From an uncultured Bacilli bacterium (GTDB taxonomy: Bacteria > Bacillota_I > Bacilli_A > RFN20 > CAG-449), in assembly GCA_947626895.1 (NCBI GenBank), contig CANQTY010000004.1:1-58959 (forward strand): DNA of 58,959 bases, written 5' to 3'. The position numbers and the translations under genes were made by a program. Position 1 is the first letter of the stretch. Every line of letters starts with the position of its first letter. Of the stretch, positions 46,911 to 56,124 are shown in pieces. The notes beneath the pieces are model-generated. The model did not search any database, was not told the origin of the DNA, and was given only the letters and a program-made list of their open reading frames with translations.

Positions 46911-48164
46911 TTATTTCATTTGAAAAATGATTTTGCTTTTTTCCTTGTTATAAAGAATATTTTTTCGCGGAACAAAAAGGATTTTACCTCTTTGATCTTT
47001 AATCATCGGCCAAATTTTTCTTAAATATAAAGGAATCTTTTCATCAACAAAGAAACGATTCATCTTTTTTTCTATTTTTCCAATTTTAATAGTTTTTTCT
47101 AGATAGGCATTTGTAATCAATAAAGGATAAGAATCCTCTTTTATATAAAATAAAGAAGGATTATCACATAGATCAAAATAAAAATATTTTGTGTCTAGGT
47201 TTTCTCTAGGATTAACTTTATAATTATAAATTTCGTTTTCTTCTTTTACTAAATAAAATTTTCCATACGTTTTAATAGTTTTATAAGAATCCATTAATTT
47301 CATTTCGCTATTTGATTCATTAGAATTCAAAAACTCTATAACGTTAGAAATGAGTCTTGGATTTAAAATACCCTGGCTTTTTAAAAGTTCATAAATACAT
47401 CTTTTTTTAACCCCATCCTTCAAGTTTTGAAATTTTAATATGGAATATGGGGGGTCTTTTAAAAAGGAGTCCGACAATAAAAATAATTCATTATTTTCTT
47501 TGTTTGCTTCTTTAATTTCGTTTTCTAAAGAAAGAATTTCTTCCTTTGTCATTTTTTCAATTACATGATGCCGAATTTTATTACGATCATATGTATCTTC
47601 TAGATTTGATGAATCAATAGAAAAGGGGATTTGATGAACTATACAATATTGTTTTAATTCCTCTTTTCTATAGTTTAATAAGGGTCGATAAACTACCATA
47701 TCTTGATAGGTGCTTTCTTCTTTTAAGCCATAATAATGATAAATTCCTTTTCTTTTCTTTTGAAAAAGATACGTTTCTAACAAATCATCTTTTTGATGCG
47801 CAATAAACAAACCATCTGCATGAATTTGACGATAAACATCTAAAAAGAATTCATAACGTACTTTTCTTGCCCATGATTGAAAATTTTCTTTGTTAACTTT
47901 TCTTGGAGCGCTTAAAGAATAAAAAGGAATATTTTTATTTTTTGCATACGTTTTGACCATTTCTTCTTCTGCATCACTTTCTTTTCTTTTGTGGTAATTT
48001 ACAAAACAAACTGAAAAGTGAAATTGATTAACATAAAGTATATGAAAAAGAGCCATGGAATCTGGTCCACCCGAACAGGCAAGAATATAAGTTTTTGTTT
48101 TGTCTAAATTCTCTAGTTTCATCCCCTTTACTTTAGCGTATTTTTCCTTTTCATTCAATTTCAA
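46911..48164 (-). CDS. tilS: tRNA(Ile)-lysidine synthetase
   Basis: PP-loop SGGPDSMAL. It lies in the conserved spoIIE-tilS-ftsH context. The start is uncertain (M1 or M15). Confidence 0.9.
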   Translation of the reverse strand: MKLNEKEKYAKVKGMKLENLDKTKTYILACSGGPDSMALFHILYVNQFHFSVCFVNYHKRKESDAEEEMVKTYAKNKNIPFYSLSAPRKVNKENFQSWARKVRYEFFLDVYRQIHADGLFIAHQKDDLLETYLFQKKRKGIYHYYGLKEESTYQDMVVYRPLLNYRKEELKQYCIVHQIPFSIDSSNLEDTYDRNKIRHHVIEKMTKEEILSLENEIKEANKENNELFLLSDSFLKDPPYSILKFQNLKDGVKKRCIYELLKSQGILNPRLISNVIEFLNSNESNSEMKLMDSYKTIKTYGKFYLVKEENEIYNYKVNPRENLDTKYFYFDLCDNPSLFYIKEDSYPLLITNAYLEKTIKIGKIEKKMNRFFVDEKIPLYLRKIWPMIKDQRGKILFVPRKNILYNKEKSKIIFQMK

Positions 48165-50317
48165 TTATATTCTTCATCGTTTTTAAGAGAGTTTATTTTT
48201 ATGACGATTAATGTTTGATCATCTACGACTTTAACATTATTTAAAAGTTTTAAAACTAAGGAATCTTTCAGGGTTTTAGCATCTTCTTTTCCTTTTTCTT
48301 TTAAAGTATCCTCAAGAATTTCACTAATATCACTACCAAATCCATCGCTTAAAAAGATTAAAATGTCTTGTTCTTGAAGATGATCTTCATAAGCAAAAAC
48401 ATCAATTTCTTGTAAGATTCCTAGAGGTGGAAAATTTCTTTTTGATTCTTTTAATATTCCGTCTCGATAAATAAATGTAGGAAAAGAACCTGCCTTAAAT
48501 AAAGTGAATTTTAAAGTAACCAAATCCAAAAGAAAGTAATCTAAGGTGGCGTAAGCTTCCGAGGTAGATTTATGATATAACAAGCGATTTACTGTATCGA
48601 TTTGATGAACAAAGTTTTCATCCATCTTGCGATATGCCTTTAAAGAATCGATTAAATAAGTACTTAAATCTCTCGCGGTTTTATTATGTCCCATGCCATC
48701 ACTTAATAGAAGAAAGAATTTCCCTTCACTTTCTTCATAACTATAATGATCTCCAGATTCTTGAAATACTGAAGACTCAAATATTGCTAAATCGACTTCA
48801 TATTGTCTTTCCCATGTGTAATTTGCTAAATAACATCCAGAAGAAAAAGAATATGCGCTTTTTTTCATCCATAATGAACGATGCAATCTCTTTTCTATAA
48901 GAGGAATTGCATCTAGCAAAATATGCTCATCTGCGCGTAAAAAACGCACATCAAGCGATGTATCATAAATTCTTACATCTAACACCTCATATCCTTCATT
49001 AATTAAGGTCTCTTTAATTTCATCTTGATTCATAATTTCAGGAGGGCTTTCTAAAAGTTTTAAGGGAGTATAAATATTTTTTAATTCCTTTTTATATAAA
49101 TCCTGCTGAAAAAGCGTTTCTTTAATCTTTTTATCTTCTTTTTCATAAATACCATTCATCAATAAGGCACGTTTAAAAAAACGATAAGGATATAAACAAT
49201 GTCCTAAAACAATTTTTCTTTCTTCTGAATTTAGTTTGTCTTCAACGCCTTTTCGCCGAATATTTTCTAAATGACAACTTTCTTTTTTCTCGCAATGGTA
49301 ACATAAGTCTGCCTCAAATTGAGAAACAACATTCTCTAAAGGAGTAAGCGAATCCTCAAGCGTAGGATCAAGAACTACATCTAAATATGAAGTAATATTT
49401 TGTATAACTTTCCTTGTTCTTTTATCGTCTTGATATTGAACATCATCAAAGAGTACACAAATTTTTTCTTCGCTCTTTTTGGGTATCATAAAGGCGATGA
49501 TAATCGCTACTATACCTTGATAGAAACTACTTTCTAAATAAAAAGCATCGTATAAAAAGGCTTCACAAAATAAAAAGCTAACAAAATAAGCATATAAGCG
49601 ATATTTTGGCGCAAAAAAGTAAGCACATAACAAAGGAAATAAAAGAGAAAAGATTATTACTTCTGAAACATTAAAAACAAAATATAATAAAAAGGCACTT
49701 AATATTGAAGAGCATAAAACCTCAATCATTTTTGCTGTTTTCATTAAAAAGAGTTCCACAAAACGCATAATCATAAAGAAGAAAGAAGTAAGTCCATTAA
49801 ATAAAAAGGGAAATAAAGTAAAAGTTAATAGTCGCTCTTTAGCGCCCCATTCATTTGTAGTATGTTGAATTTTATCTAAAGCCTTATGAAAGCTATAAAA
49901 CGCCAAAAAAGAAAGAATTAAAAGAAAAGATAAATTTAAAAAATTTGTTAGAGTTGGTTCTCTAGCATAATAAATCGTAAAAAGTAATAAACTTGTAATA
50001 ATATAAGGAAAATATAAACGTATTCTATGTTCACTTAAAAATAAATTACTTGCAACTTTTGTCACTAAAAAAATAGCTTCAATAATCATCATTTCATATC
50101 CATAAGGAATAGAAATAAGAAAAGAAACCACGAGTAAAGAAATATTACTTGCAATATAACTTTCTAATCCATATAAAACTGAAAAGGAAAGTAAGGGTAC
50201 AATAAATGGTTCAAAACTATATGCATCATTTTTTAAGGCAATACATGCACCTAAAAGCAAAAATACTACTACATTTATGCTCTTTTTTAAAGAAAACATT
50301 TTTTTATGAGTATTCAT
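48161..50317 (-). CDS. spoIIE: Stage II sporulation protein E (PP2C phosphatase with polytopic membrane domain)
   Basis: About 10 TM segments at the N-terminus and a C-terminal PP2C domain (LLSDGMGHN, FLSDGF, DDQTLIVIK). The preferred start is MNTHKK (ATG 50317), 5 nt after GGAGGA. Confidence 0.9.
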   Translation of the reverse strand: MNTHKKMFSLKKSINVVVFLLLGACIALKNDAYSFEPFIVPLLSFSVLYGLESYIASNISLLVVSFLISIPYGYEMMIIEAIFLVTKVASNLFLSEHRIRLYFPYIITSLLLFTIYYAREPTLTNFLNLSFLLILSFLAFYSFHKALDKIQHTTNEWGAKERLLTFTLFPFLFNGLTSFFFMIMRFVELFLMKTAKMIEVLCSSILSAFLLYFVFNVSEVIIFSLLFPLLCAYFFAPKYRLYAYFVSFLFCEAFLYDAFYLESSFYQGIVAIIIAFMIPKKSEEKICVLFDDVQYQDDKRTRKVIQNITSYLDVVLDPTLEDSLTPLENVVSQFEADLCYHCEKKESCHLENIRRKGVEDKLNSEERKIVLGHCLYPYRFFKRALLMNGIYEKEDKKIKETLFQQDLYKKELKNIYTPLKLLESPPEIMNQDEIKETLINEGYEVLDVRIYDTSLDVRFLRADEHILLDAIPLIEKRLHRSLWMKKSAYSFSSGCYLANYTWERQYEVDLAIFESSVFQESGDHYSYEESEGKFFLLLSDGMGHNKTARDLSTYLIDSLKAYRKMDENFVHQIDTVNRLLYHKSTSEAYATLDYFLLDLVTLKFTLFKAGSFPTFIYRDGILKESKRNFPPLGILQEIDVFAYEDHLQEQDILIFLSDGFGSDISEILEDTLKEKGKEDAKTLKDSLVLKLLNNVKVVDDQTLIVIKINSLKNDEEYN

Positions 50318-50336
50318 GGGCATCCTCCATGTGCCC

Positions 50337-50369
50337 ATTATATAAAGACTATTTTAAAAATTTTGTCAA
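50337..50369 (-). promoter_or_regulatory. spoIIE: spoIIE promoter with over-long spacer (TTGACA-N21-TATAAT), Spo0A-type
   Basis: On the minus strand, TTGACA (50369-50364), 21 nt, then TATAAT (50342-50337). The -35 region also reads as a 6/7 0A box (TGTCAAA on the plus strand). Confidence 0.5.
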
Positions 50370-50388
50370 AGTAAAGGGGAAATCCCAA

Positions 50389-50673
50389 TTATTTCATTTC
50401 GTAAATGACAATAATTTCTCCATTAACGTCAATCGCATATCCTCTTCCATCAGAATAGACTACATAATAGCCTTCTTTTGCATATTGTTCTATATCTCCA
50501 ATATACTCAAGTTCTTGTTCCATTCTTTCTTTTTCAGCAATAAGCTCTTGATTATAAATAATTTTACTTGCGATATTGATTCCGACAAAAACTAAAAAGA
50601 TGATGGACGCACAAAAAATTCCTAAACAAAGGAAACTAATGAGTCTTGTTTGGTTTTTTTTGCCTTTTTCCAT
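50389..50673 (-). CDS. divIC: Septum formation initiator family protein (DivIC/FtsB-like)
   Basis: 94 aa with an N-terminal TM segment and a coiled coil (ELIAEKERMEQELEY). Its position after yabQ matches Bacillus synteny. Confidence 0.7.
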   Translation of the reverse strand: MEKGKKNQTRLISFLCLGIFCASIIFLVFVGINIASKIIYNQELIAEKERMEQELEYIGDIEQYAKEGYYVVYSDGRGYAIDVNGEIIVIYEMK

Positions 50674-51073
50674 GTTCTTTTTTCCTAGTTTTTCTCTTTT
50701 CTTTCTTCTTTTTTAGTATAAGGAAAAACGAAGAAATCTTCAATTGAATTGGATGAAAGATTTTTAAATGAAGATATGTGCTCTTCTTTTCTAAATAATT
50801 CAAAAAATATCGTTCATAAAAATGATGAAAAACATAACCTCCAAGAAATAACAAAAGAAAATAAAATATATTATTAATTCCATTTACGATTAAAAGTAAG
50901 AAACGATGATAAATAAATGTCATGCTTAAAAAGAAGGGTAGTTCGATTAGTAAAAACAATATATGGGGTCTAAAATTTTTAAATAGACGATTTAAAAATG
51001 TCCATATCCAAAAGAAAGTAAAACCAAAAAGAAAGGACATAGAACATGCCCCGATTTGAGATAATAATGACAT
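50636..51073 (-). CDS. yabQ: Spore cortex biosynthesis protein YabQ-like membrane protein
   Basis: A small polytopic membrane protein directly after yabP, with a basic tail. Confidence 0.7.
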   Translation of the reverse strand: MSLLSQIGACSMSFLFGFTFFWIWTFLNRLFKNFRPHILFLLIELPFFLSMTFIYHRFLLLIVNGINNIFYFLLLFLGGYVFHHFYERYFLNYLEKKSTYLHLKIFHPIQLKISSFFLILKKKKEKRKTRKKEHGKRQKKPNKTH

Positions 51074-51351
51074 TATTTAAATAACTTTTTAAAGAATCCT
51101 TCTTTTTTCTTTGTTTCCTCTTTTAAATATTGTAACGCATCAATTGTACCATCAATTGCAAGATGACCCTTTTCCATATCCATACCTCCAAGAGTGAGTT
51201 CATGGCCTAAAATATGTAAATATCCTTGGGTGGTTTCAATTAAAAATTCTTGTTTATCAAAACTATCTAGTTTTTTAACCCCTTCAATAACAATTCCTTT
51301 TCTTTCTTTAATAAATATTGAGTGAATAAGACTTGGTTTAATTTCTTCCAT
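51073..51351 (-). CDS. yabP: Sporulation protein YabP
   Basis: 92 aa with a YabP-like beta-rich sequence (IVIEGVKKLDSFDKQEFLIETTQGYLHILGHEL). Confidence 0.8.
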   Translation of the reverse strand: MEEIKPSLIHSIFIKERKGIVIEGVKKLDSFDKQEFLIETTQGYLHILGHELTLGGMDMEKGHLAIDGTIDALQYLKEETKKKEGFFKKLFK

Positions 51352-51398
51352 AGATAGACCTCCTATGGAAAAATATGATTTTTAAAATTATTTCATGC

Positions 51399-51656
51399 CT
51401 AAAAATCAGTTTCTTCTTTTAAAATGCGATAACTTTCTTTTGCGTCTTCTTTTTTCGTGGTAAATGTAGTTTCTAAAACTTCAATGGTGAGTTTTCTTTC
51501 ACCAAGAGTAAGGGTTAAAATATCGCCAATTTTTACATTCGAAGATGGTTTTCCTTCTTTTCCATTAATTAAAACAAAGCCTAAGTCCGATATTCCTTTA
51601 GCAATGGTTCTTCTTTTAATAATTCGTGACATCTTTAAATATTTATCTAACCTCAT
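51399..51656 (-). CDS. yabO: S4-domain RNA-binding protein (YabO/HslR-like)
   Basis: MRLDKYLKMSRIIKRRTIAK..VLING is an S4 domain. The gene lies downstream of mfd, as in Bacillus. Confidence 0.85.
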   Translation of the reverse strand: MRLDKYLKMSRIIKRRTIAKGISDLGFVLINGKEGKPSSNVKIGDILTLTLGERKLTIEVLETTFTTKKEDAKESYRILKEETDF

Positions 51657-54600
51657 CTTCTTCCTCCCTAATAACCTCTATAGTTTTTAATATCAAAAGT
51701 AATTCATCCATCCATTCTTTATCTTTAATTAACCGTAAAACAATTTGTCCGTTTTCAAATCTTGCTCCGAGATGATCTTTTAATTCATATAAATTATTTG
51801 ATAATCGATTCGCAATTCCTTTAACTTTACAGGCTTTTTTAGAAAGAATTATATGAATAAATTGATCTTCAAAAATCTTATCAATAAAAGGTGAATATCC
51901 TAAAATATCAATCTCTCTTTTCTTTAAAATCCCTAACATTTCTTTAGGAAGTTTTCCATATATATCCCTTAACTTTCTTCTTAAAAGTTCTAAATCTTTA
52001 ATGGTATTAACACCGACAATTTCTTGATAGATTTGAATTTTATCTTTATCTTCTGCATAAGAACTTGGAATATATCCCTTAGAGGATAAGGGAAGGGAAG
52101 GTACACTTTCTTTTTGTTCACTAATTCCTTTCTTTTCTTCCATGACCTCTTTTAGAATTCTAAAATACATATCCATACCTACTGTATCGATAAATCCTGA
52201 TTGCTCAGAACCGAGAATATCTCCCGCGCCGCGAATATTTAAATCTCTTTGAGCAATTTTATATCCTGAACCTAATTCTGTAAAATCTTTGATTGCTTTT
52301 AAGCGTTTTTCCGCGGTTTCATTAATTTCTTTTCCAGGACTAACAAGTAAATAAGCATAGGCAACGCGTGTAGATCTACCGACTCTACCTTTAATTTGAT
52401 AGAGTTGAGAAAGACCGAATAAATCGGCATTTTCAATAATGATTGTATTCGCGTTAGGAATATCTAATCCTGTTTCAATAATGGAAGTACAAACTAAAAT
52501 ATTGAGTTCATTTTGATAATACGCCATCATCACATCATCAATTTCTTCTTTGCTCATTTTCCCGTGCACTACACCCACTTTTGCTTTAGGTAAAAAGCGT
52601 TGAATTCTTTGTGCAGTTTGATAAATACTCGCAACTCGATTATGTAAATAAAAGACTTGCCCTTCGCGAGAGAGTTCTCGTTCCATTACTTGTATTACTA
52701 AGGAATCTGAATATGGCATAACATAGGTTTGTATAGGCATTCGATTCATCGGGGGTACATCAATTGTCGATAAACTTCTTATACCAATAAGTGACATTTG
52801 TAAAGTTCGGGGTATAGGAGTCGCGGTTAATGTTAAAACATCAATATTTTTTGATATTTCTTTAATTCTTTCTTTGTGTTCTACACCAAATCGCTGTTCC
52901 TCATCAACGATTAATAGACCTAAATTTGGAACACGAATTTCATTAGATAAAAGTCGATGTGTACCAATAATTAATTGAATTTCTCCTTTTTCAACTTGTA
53001 GCATTTGTTCTTTTTGTTGTTGTAAAGGAATTAGTCTAGAAAAGATAGCTATTTTAACTCCAAAAGGAGAAAAACGATAATATGCAACTTCATAATGTTG
53101 GCGAGCAAGAAGAGTAGTAGGGCATAAAATCATCACTTGTTTTCCTGATAAAATAGCCTTAAATGCCGCGCGAAAAGCAACTTCTGTCTTTCCAAATCCA
53201 ACATCGCCACATAATAAGCGATCCATTGGTAGAGAAGATTCCATATCTTTTTTAATTTCCTCGACAGAACGAATTTGATCACTAGTTAAAGGATAAGGAA
53301 AAGCATTTTCAAAATTAACTTGGAATTCATCATCTTTTTCAAAAGCAAAACCTGAAGTTTGTTCTCTTTCTGCATATAGTGCAATTAACCGATCTGCAAT
53401 ATTATTGATTTTTTCTTTTAATCTTTTCTTTGTTTTCTTCCATGAAGAACTTCCCAAACGAGATAATTTTGGTACTGAGCCTTCTTTAGAAACATATTTA
53501 CGAATTAAATTAAATTGCTCTAAAGGAATATATAAAATATCCGTTTCGGCATATTGAATTTTTAAATAATCACGAGGTCCATTCCCTACATCTAGTGTTT
53601 CTATTTTTTCAAATTGACCAATTCCATTTTCTTCATGGACAACATAATCTCCTGGATTTAAATCTTCATAAGTATTTAATATTTCGGCTTTTTTATAACG
53701 AGATAAATATTTAGAGTTTAATAATTTTCTCCCTAATAATTCTCTTTCTGTTAAAACGACGATATTTCCTTTTTGTAATTCAAATCCTTCTTTAAAATCA
53801 ATTGGATATAACATGACTTTTTGAAAAGAAGCCTCTCCATCTTGAGAATATTCATACGGAATATTTTCTTGAATTAAAAATTCTTCATATAAGCGAAGAG
53901 AACCTTCTTTCATAGCAATTAAGACTTGCTTACCTTCTTCTTGATATTTTTTAATAATCTCAAAAGAATGATGAATGTTTTGTGCAATAAAAGGAATAGA
54001 GCGAATCGATAAAGAATAATCATCTTCACTTAAAGCATATGGAACAGTTTTAATTCCGTAAAAGTGCGATAAATAAGATTCATCTTCAAAATAAGAAACC
54101 TTTTTTATACATAATCCATTATGAAATAATTCTTCAAAATAATGATCTAATTCACTTTTACACCATTCAAAAGCATCATGGAGCTTTTCTTGAAGATGAA
54201 ATATCGTTAACTCGGGGTTAAAATAATCTAAAATGGTCTCTTTTTCTTCAGGTAAATAACTATAATAAGGATATGTTGTTTCATCAAGTCCTTTATCTAA
54301 AATCTTCTCAAAATCTCTTTCTAACTTACTTTTTAATTCATATGCCAAATCATGAGATAAATCCTTAGATTCTCGATTATATTCTTTAAAAACATTTTCT
54401 TTTAATAATGGTAAGTTTTCTTTATTAAAAAGTAGCTCACATGCTGGAAATATTGTCAATTCTTCTTTATTTGATTCTTGTGATATCTGAGAGGTAATAT
54501 CTAATACCCTTATAGAGTCTAATTCATCATCAAAAAACTCAATTCGATAAGGTTCATCATAGTTAATTGGATAAATATCAAGAATGTCTCCACGTAATGC

Positions 54601-55128
54601 AAATTGAAGAGATTGATCAATTTTTGAAACTTTAGAAAATCCTAAATCGATTAAGCGACGAACAATATCTTGAATATCATAAGATTCTCCTTTTTTTAGA
54701 TGAATCATTTGATTTAAATAAAGTTCTTTTTTAGGCAATCTTCTTAACGCTGAAGTAATATGACAGATTAAAATCTTATTTTCCTTTAATAACGCTTTTT
54801 CCATGACATAAAGTCGCTGAGCAAGCATTTCTTTTGAGGAAGATATATTATCAATTCTTACAATTTCATCAAAAGGATAAAATAAAAGTGCATCTTCTCC
54901 AAGAAAAGCTAAAAGTTGTTCATATAATGTTTGAGCTTGATATAAATTTGGAGCAACTAAAGCAATTTTTCTGGGTTTTTCTTTAAAAGAAGATGCTAAA
55001 GCAAAGGCAAGAGATAAAGAATCCTCAACAACAAAATTCCCTTTTCTTGGATTTAATAAAGCAGTAGTCGCGGTTTCTTGAGCGATATATTCTAAAATCT
55101 TCATCTTATGAAAAATTTCTTTTAGCAA
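51643..55128 (-). CDS. mfd: Transcription-repair coupling factor
   Basis: 1161 aa. It has a UvrB-homology N-terminus, a CarD/RID domain, and helicase motifs GDVGFGKTEV and DEEQRFG. Confidence 0.97.
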   Translation of the reverse strand: MLKEIFHKMKILEYIAQETATTALLNPRKGNFVVEDSLSLAFALASSFKEKPRKIALVAPNLYQAQTLYEQLLAFLGEDALLFYPFDEIVRIDNISSSKEMLAQRLYVMEKALLKENKILICHITSALRRLPKKELYLNQMIHLKKGESYDIQDIVRRLIDLGFSKVSKIDQSLQFALRGDILDIYPINYDEPYRIEFFDDELDSIRVLDITSQISQESNKEELTIFPACELLFNKENLPLLKENVFKEYNRESKDLSHDLAYELKSKLERDFEKILDKGLDETTYPYYSYLPEEKETILDYFNPELTIFHLQEKLHDAFEWCKSELDHYFEELFHNGLCIKKVSYFEDESYLSHFYGIKTVPYALSEDDYSLSIRSIPFIAQNIHHSFEIIKKYQEEGKQVLIAMKEGSLRLYEEFLIQENIPYEYSQDGEASFQKVMLYPIDFKEGFELQKGNIVVLTERELLGRKLLNSKYLSRYKKAEILNTYEDLNPGDYVVHEENGIGQFEKIETLDVGNGPRDYLKIQYAETDILYIPLEQFNLIRKYVSKEGSVPKLSRLGSSSWKKTKKRLKEKINNIADRLIALYAEREQTSGFAFEKDDEFQVNFENAFPYPLTSDQIRSVEEIKKDMESSLPMDRLLCGDVGFGKTEVAFRAAFKAILSGKQVMILCPTTLLARQHYEVAYYRFSPFGVKIAIFSRLIPLQQQKEQMLQVEKGEIQLIIGTHRLLSNEIRVPNLGLLIVDEEQRFGVEHKERIKEISKNIDVLTLTATPIPRTLQMSLIGIRSLSTIDVPPMNRMPIQTYVMPYSDSLVIQVMERELSREGQVFYLHNRVASIYQTAQRIQRFLPKAKVGVVHGKMSKEEIDDVMMAYYQNELNILVCTSIIETGLDIPNANTIIIENADLFGLSQLYQIKGRVGRSTRVAYAYLLVSPGKEINETAEKRLKAIKDFTELGSGYKIAQRDLNIRGAGDILGSEQSGFIDTVGMDMYFRILKEVMEEKKGISEQKESVPSLPLSSKGYIPSSYAEDKDKIQIYQEIVGVNTIKDLELLRRKLRDIYGKLPKEMLGILKKREIDILGYSPFIDKIFEDQFIHIILSKKACKVKGIANRLSNNLYELKDHLGARFENGQIVLRLIKDKEWMDELLLILKTIEVIREEEDEVR

Positions 55129-55660
55129 CCATGAAGTTAAACTTTACAAAACATTCACATGCATCCGCGGCTTTTTGTAAAGCGACATCAATTAATTCTC
55201 TTTCTTCTTTGGTCGGTTTACCTAAGACGTAATTAATTCGATCAATTAAGGGATTTTGACCTGTTCCTACGCGAATACGTTGAATTTCTTCATCACCAAA
55301 AATATCTATGATATTTTGCATACCTTTTTGTCCTCCAGAAGAGCCTTTTTCACGGATTCTTATCTTTCCAGGAGGTAAATCAATATCATCATAAACAATT
55401 ACTAAATCTTCCATATCAATATGAAAATAAGAGACTAAATCAAAAACAGAAGATCCAGATAAATTCATATATGTCTGGGGCTTTAATAAAATAACATCTT
55501 CATCAAAAACTCTCCCTTTGCCATATAATCCTTTAAAGTCTTTTTTTGAGATAGCAATATTCCATCTTTTTTCAAGTATATCTAAAACATCAAAACCCAT
55601 ATTATGACGGGTTCCTTCGTATTCTTTTCCAGGATTTCCAAGTCCGACGATACATTTCAT
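55106..55660 (-). CDS. pth: Peptidyl-tRNA hydrolase
   Basis: MKCIVGLGNPGKEYEGTRHNMGF. The start at ATG 55660 is preferred over the ORF-track start at 55678. Confidence 0.93.
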   Translation of the reverse strand: MKCIVGLGNPGKEYEGTRHNMGFDVLDILEKRWNIAISKKDFKGLYGKGRVFDEDVILLKPQTYMNLSGSSVFDLVSYFHIDMEDLVIVYDDIDLPPGKIRIREKGSSGGQKGMQNIIDIFGDEEIQRIRVGTGQNPLIDRINYVLGKPTKEERELIDVALQKAADACECFVKFNFMVAKRNFS

Positions 55661-55724
55661 ATTGATCACCGAACTCATTTTATCACAACTTTAATAGAAA
55701 CACGAAAGAAAAGGGAAGAAATCT

Positions 55725-56042
55725 TTAATCGATTTTCTTCCTATAATTCATACATGTTGCCTTTTCTCTGCTCACATCGATGCGAATATGACGCGCTCTA
55801 CAGACCTGATCCTCATTATTTTTACATGAACAAGACTTGCAATTTAAAAAATGTTCATCCTCTCGTAAAGAAAAACGCCTATCTTCTGCGTATTCAAATA
55901 AATATGGATTGCCATTCTTTTGAAGTGCTCTTCTTGTAAAAGAAACACAAGTTGCATCTTCACTTACATCAGGACTTTCATGACGACAATGAGTACAATC
56001 ATTATAGGCACAATAATAAGCATGACACCTTAAATTAGCCAT
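55725..56042 (-). CDS. DUF1540-domain cysteine-rich protein
   Basis: Two repeats of the C..C...C pattern (CHAYYCAYNDCTHC ... CKSCSCKNNEDQVC). Confidence 0.7.
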   Translation of the reverse strand: MANLRCHAYYCAYNDCTHCRHESPDVSEDATCVSFTRRALQKNGNPYLFEYAEDRRFSLREDEHFLNCKSCSCKNNEDQVCRARHIRIDVSREKATCMNYRKKID

Positions 56043-56124
56043 TTTCTTTCCTCCCTTGTTAGTTTGTCCTAAAACAATTTCGTTATGCTTTTTTTATCTT
56101 TTTCATAAACTTAAATGTGATTTG

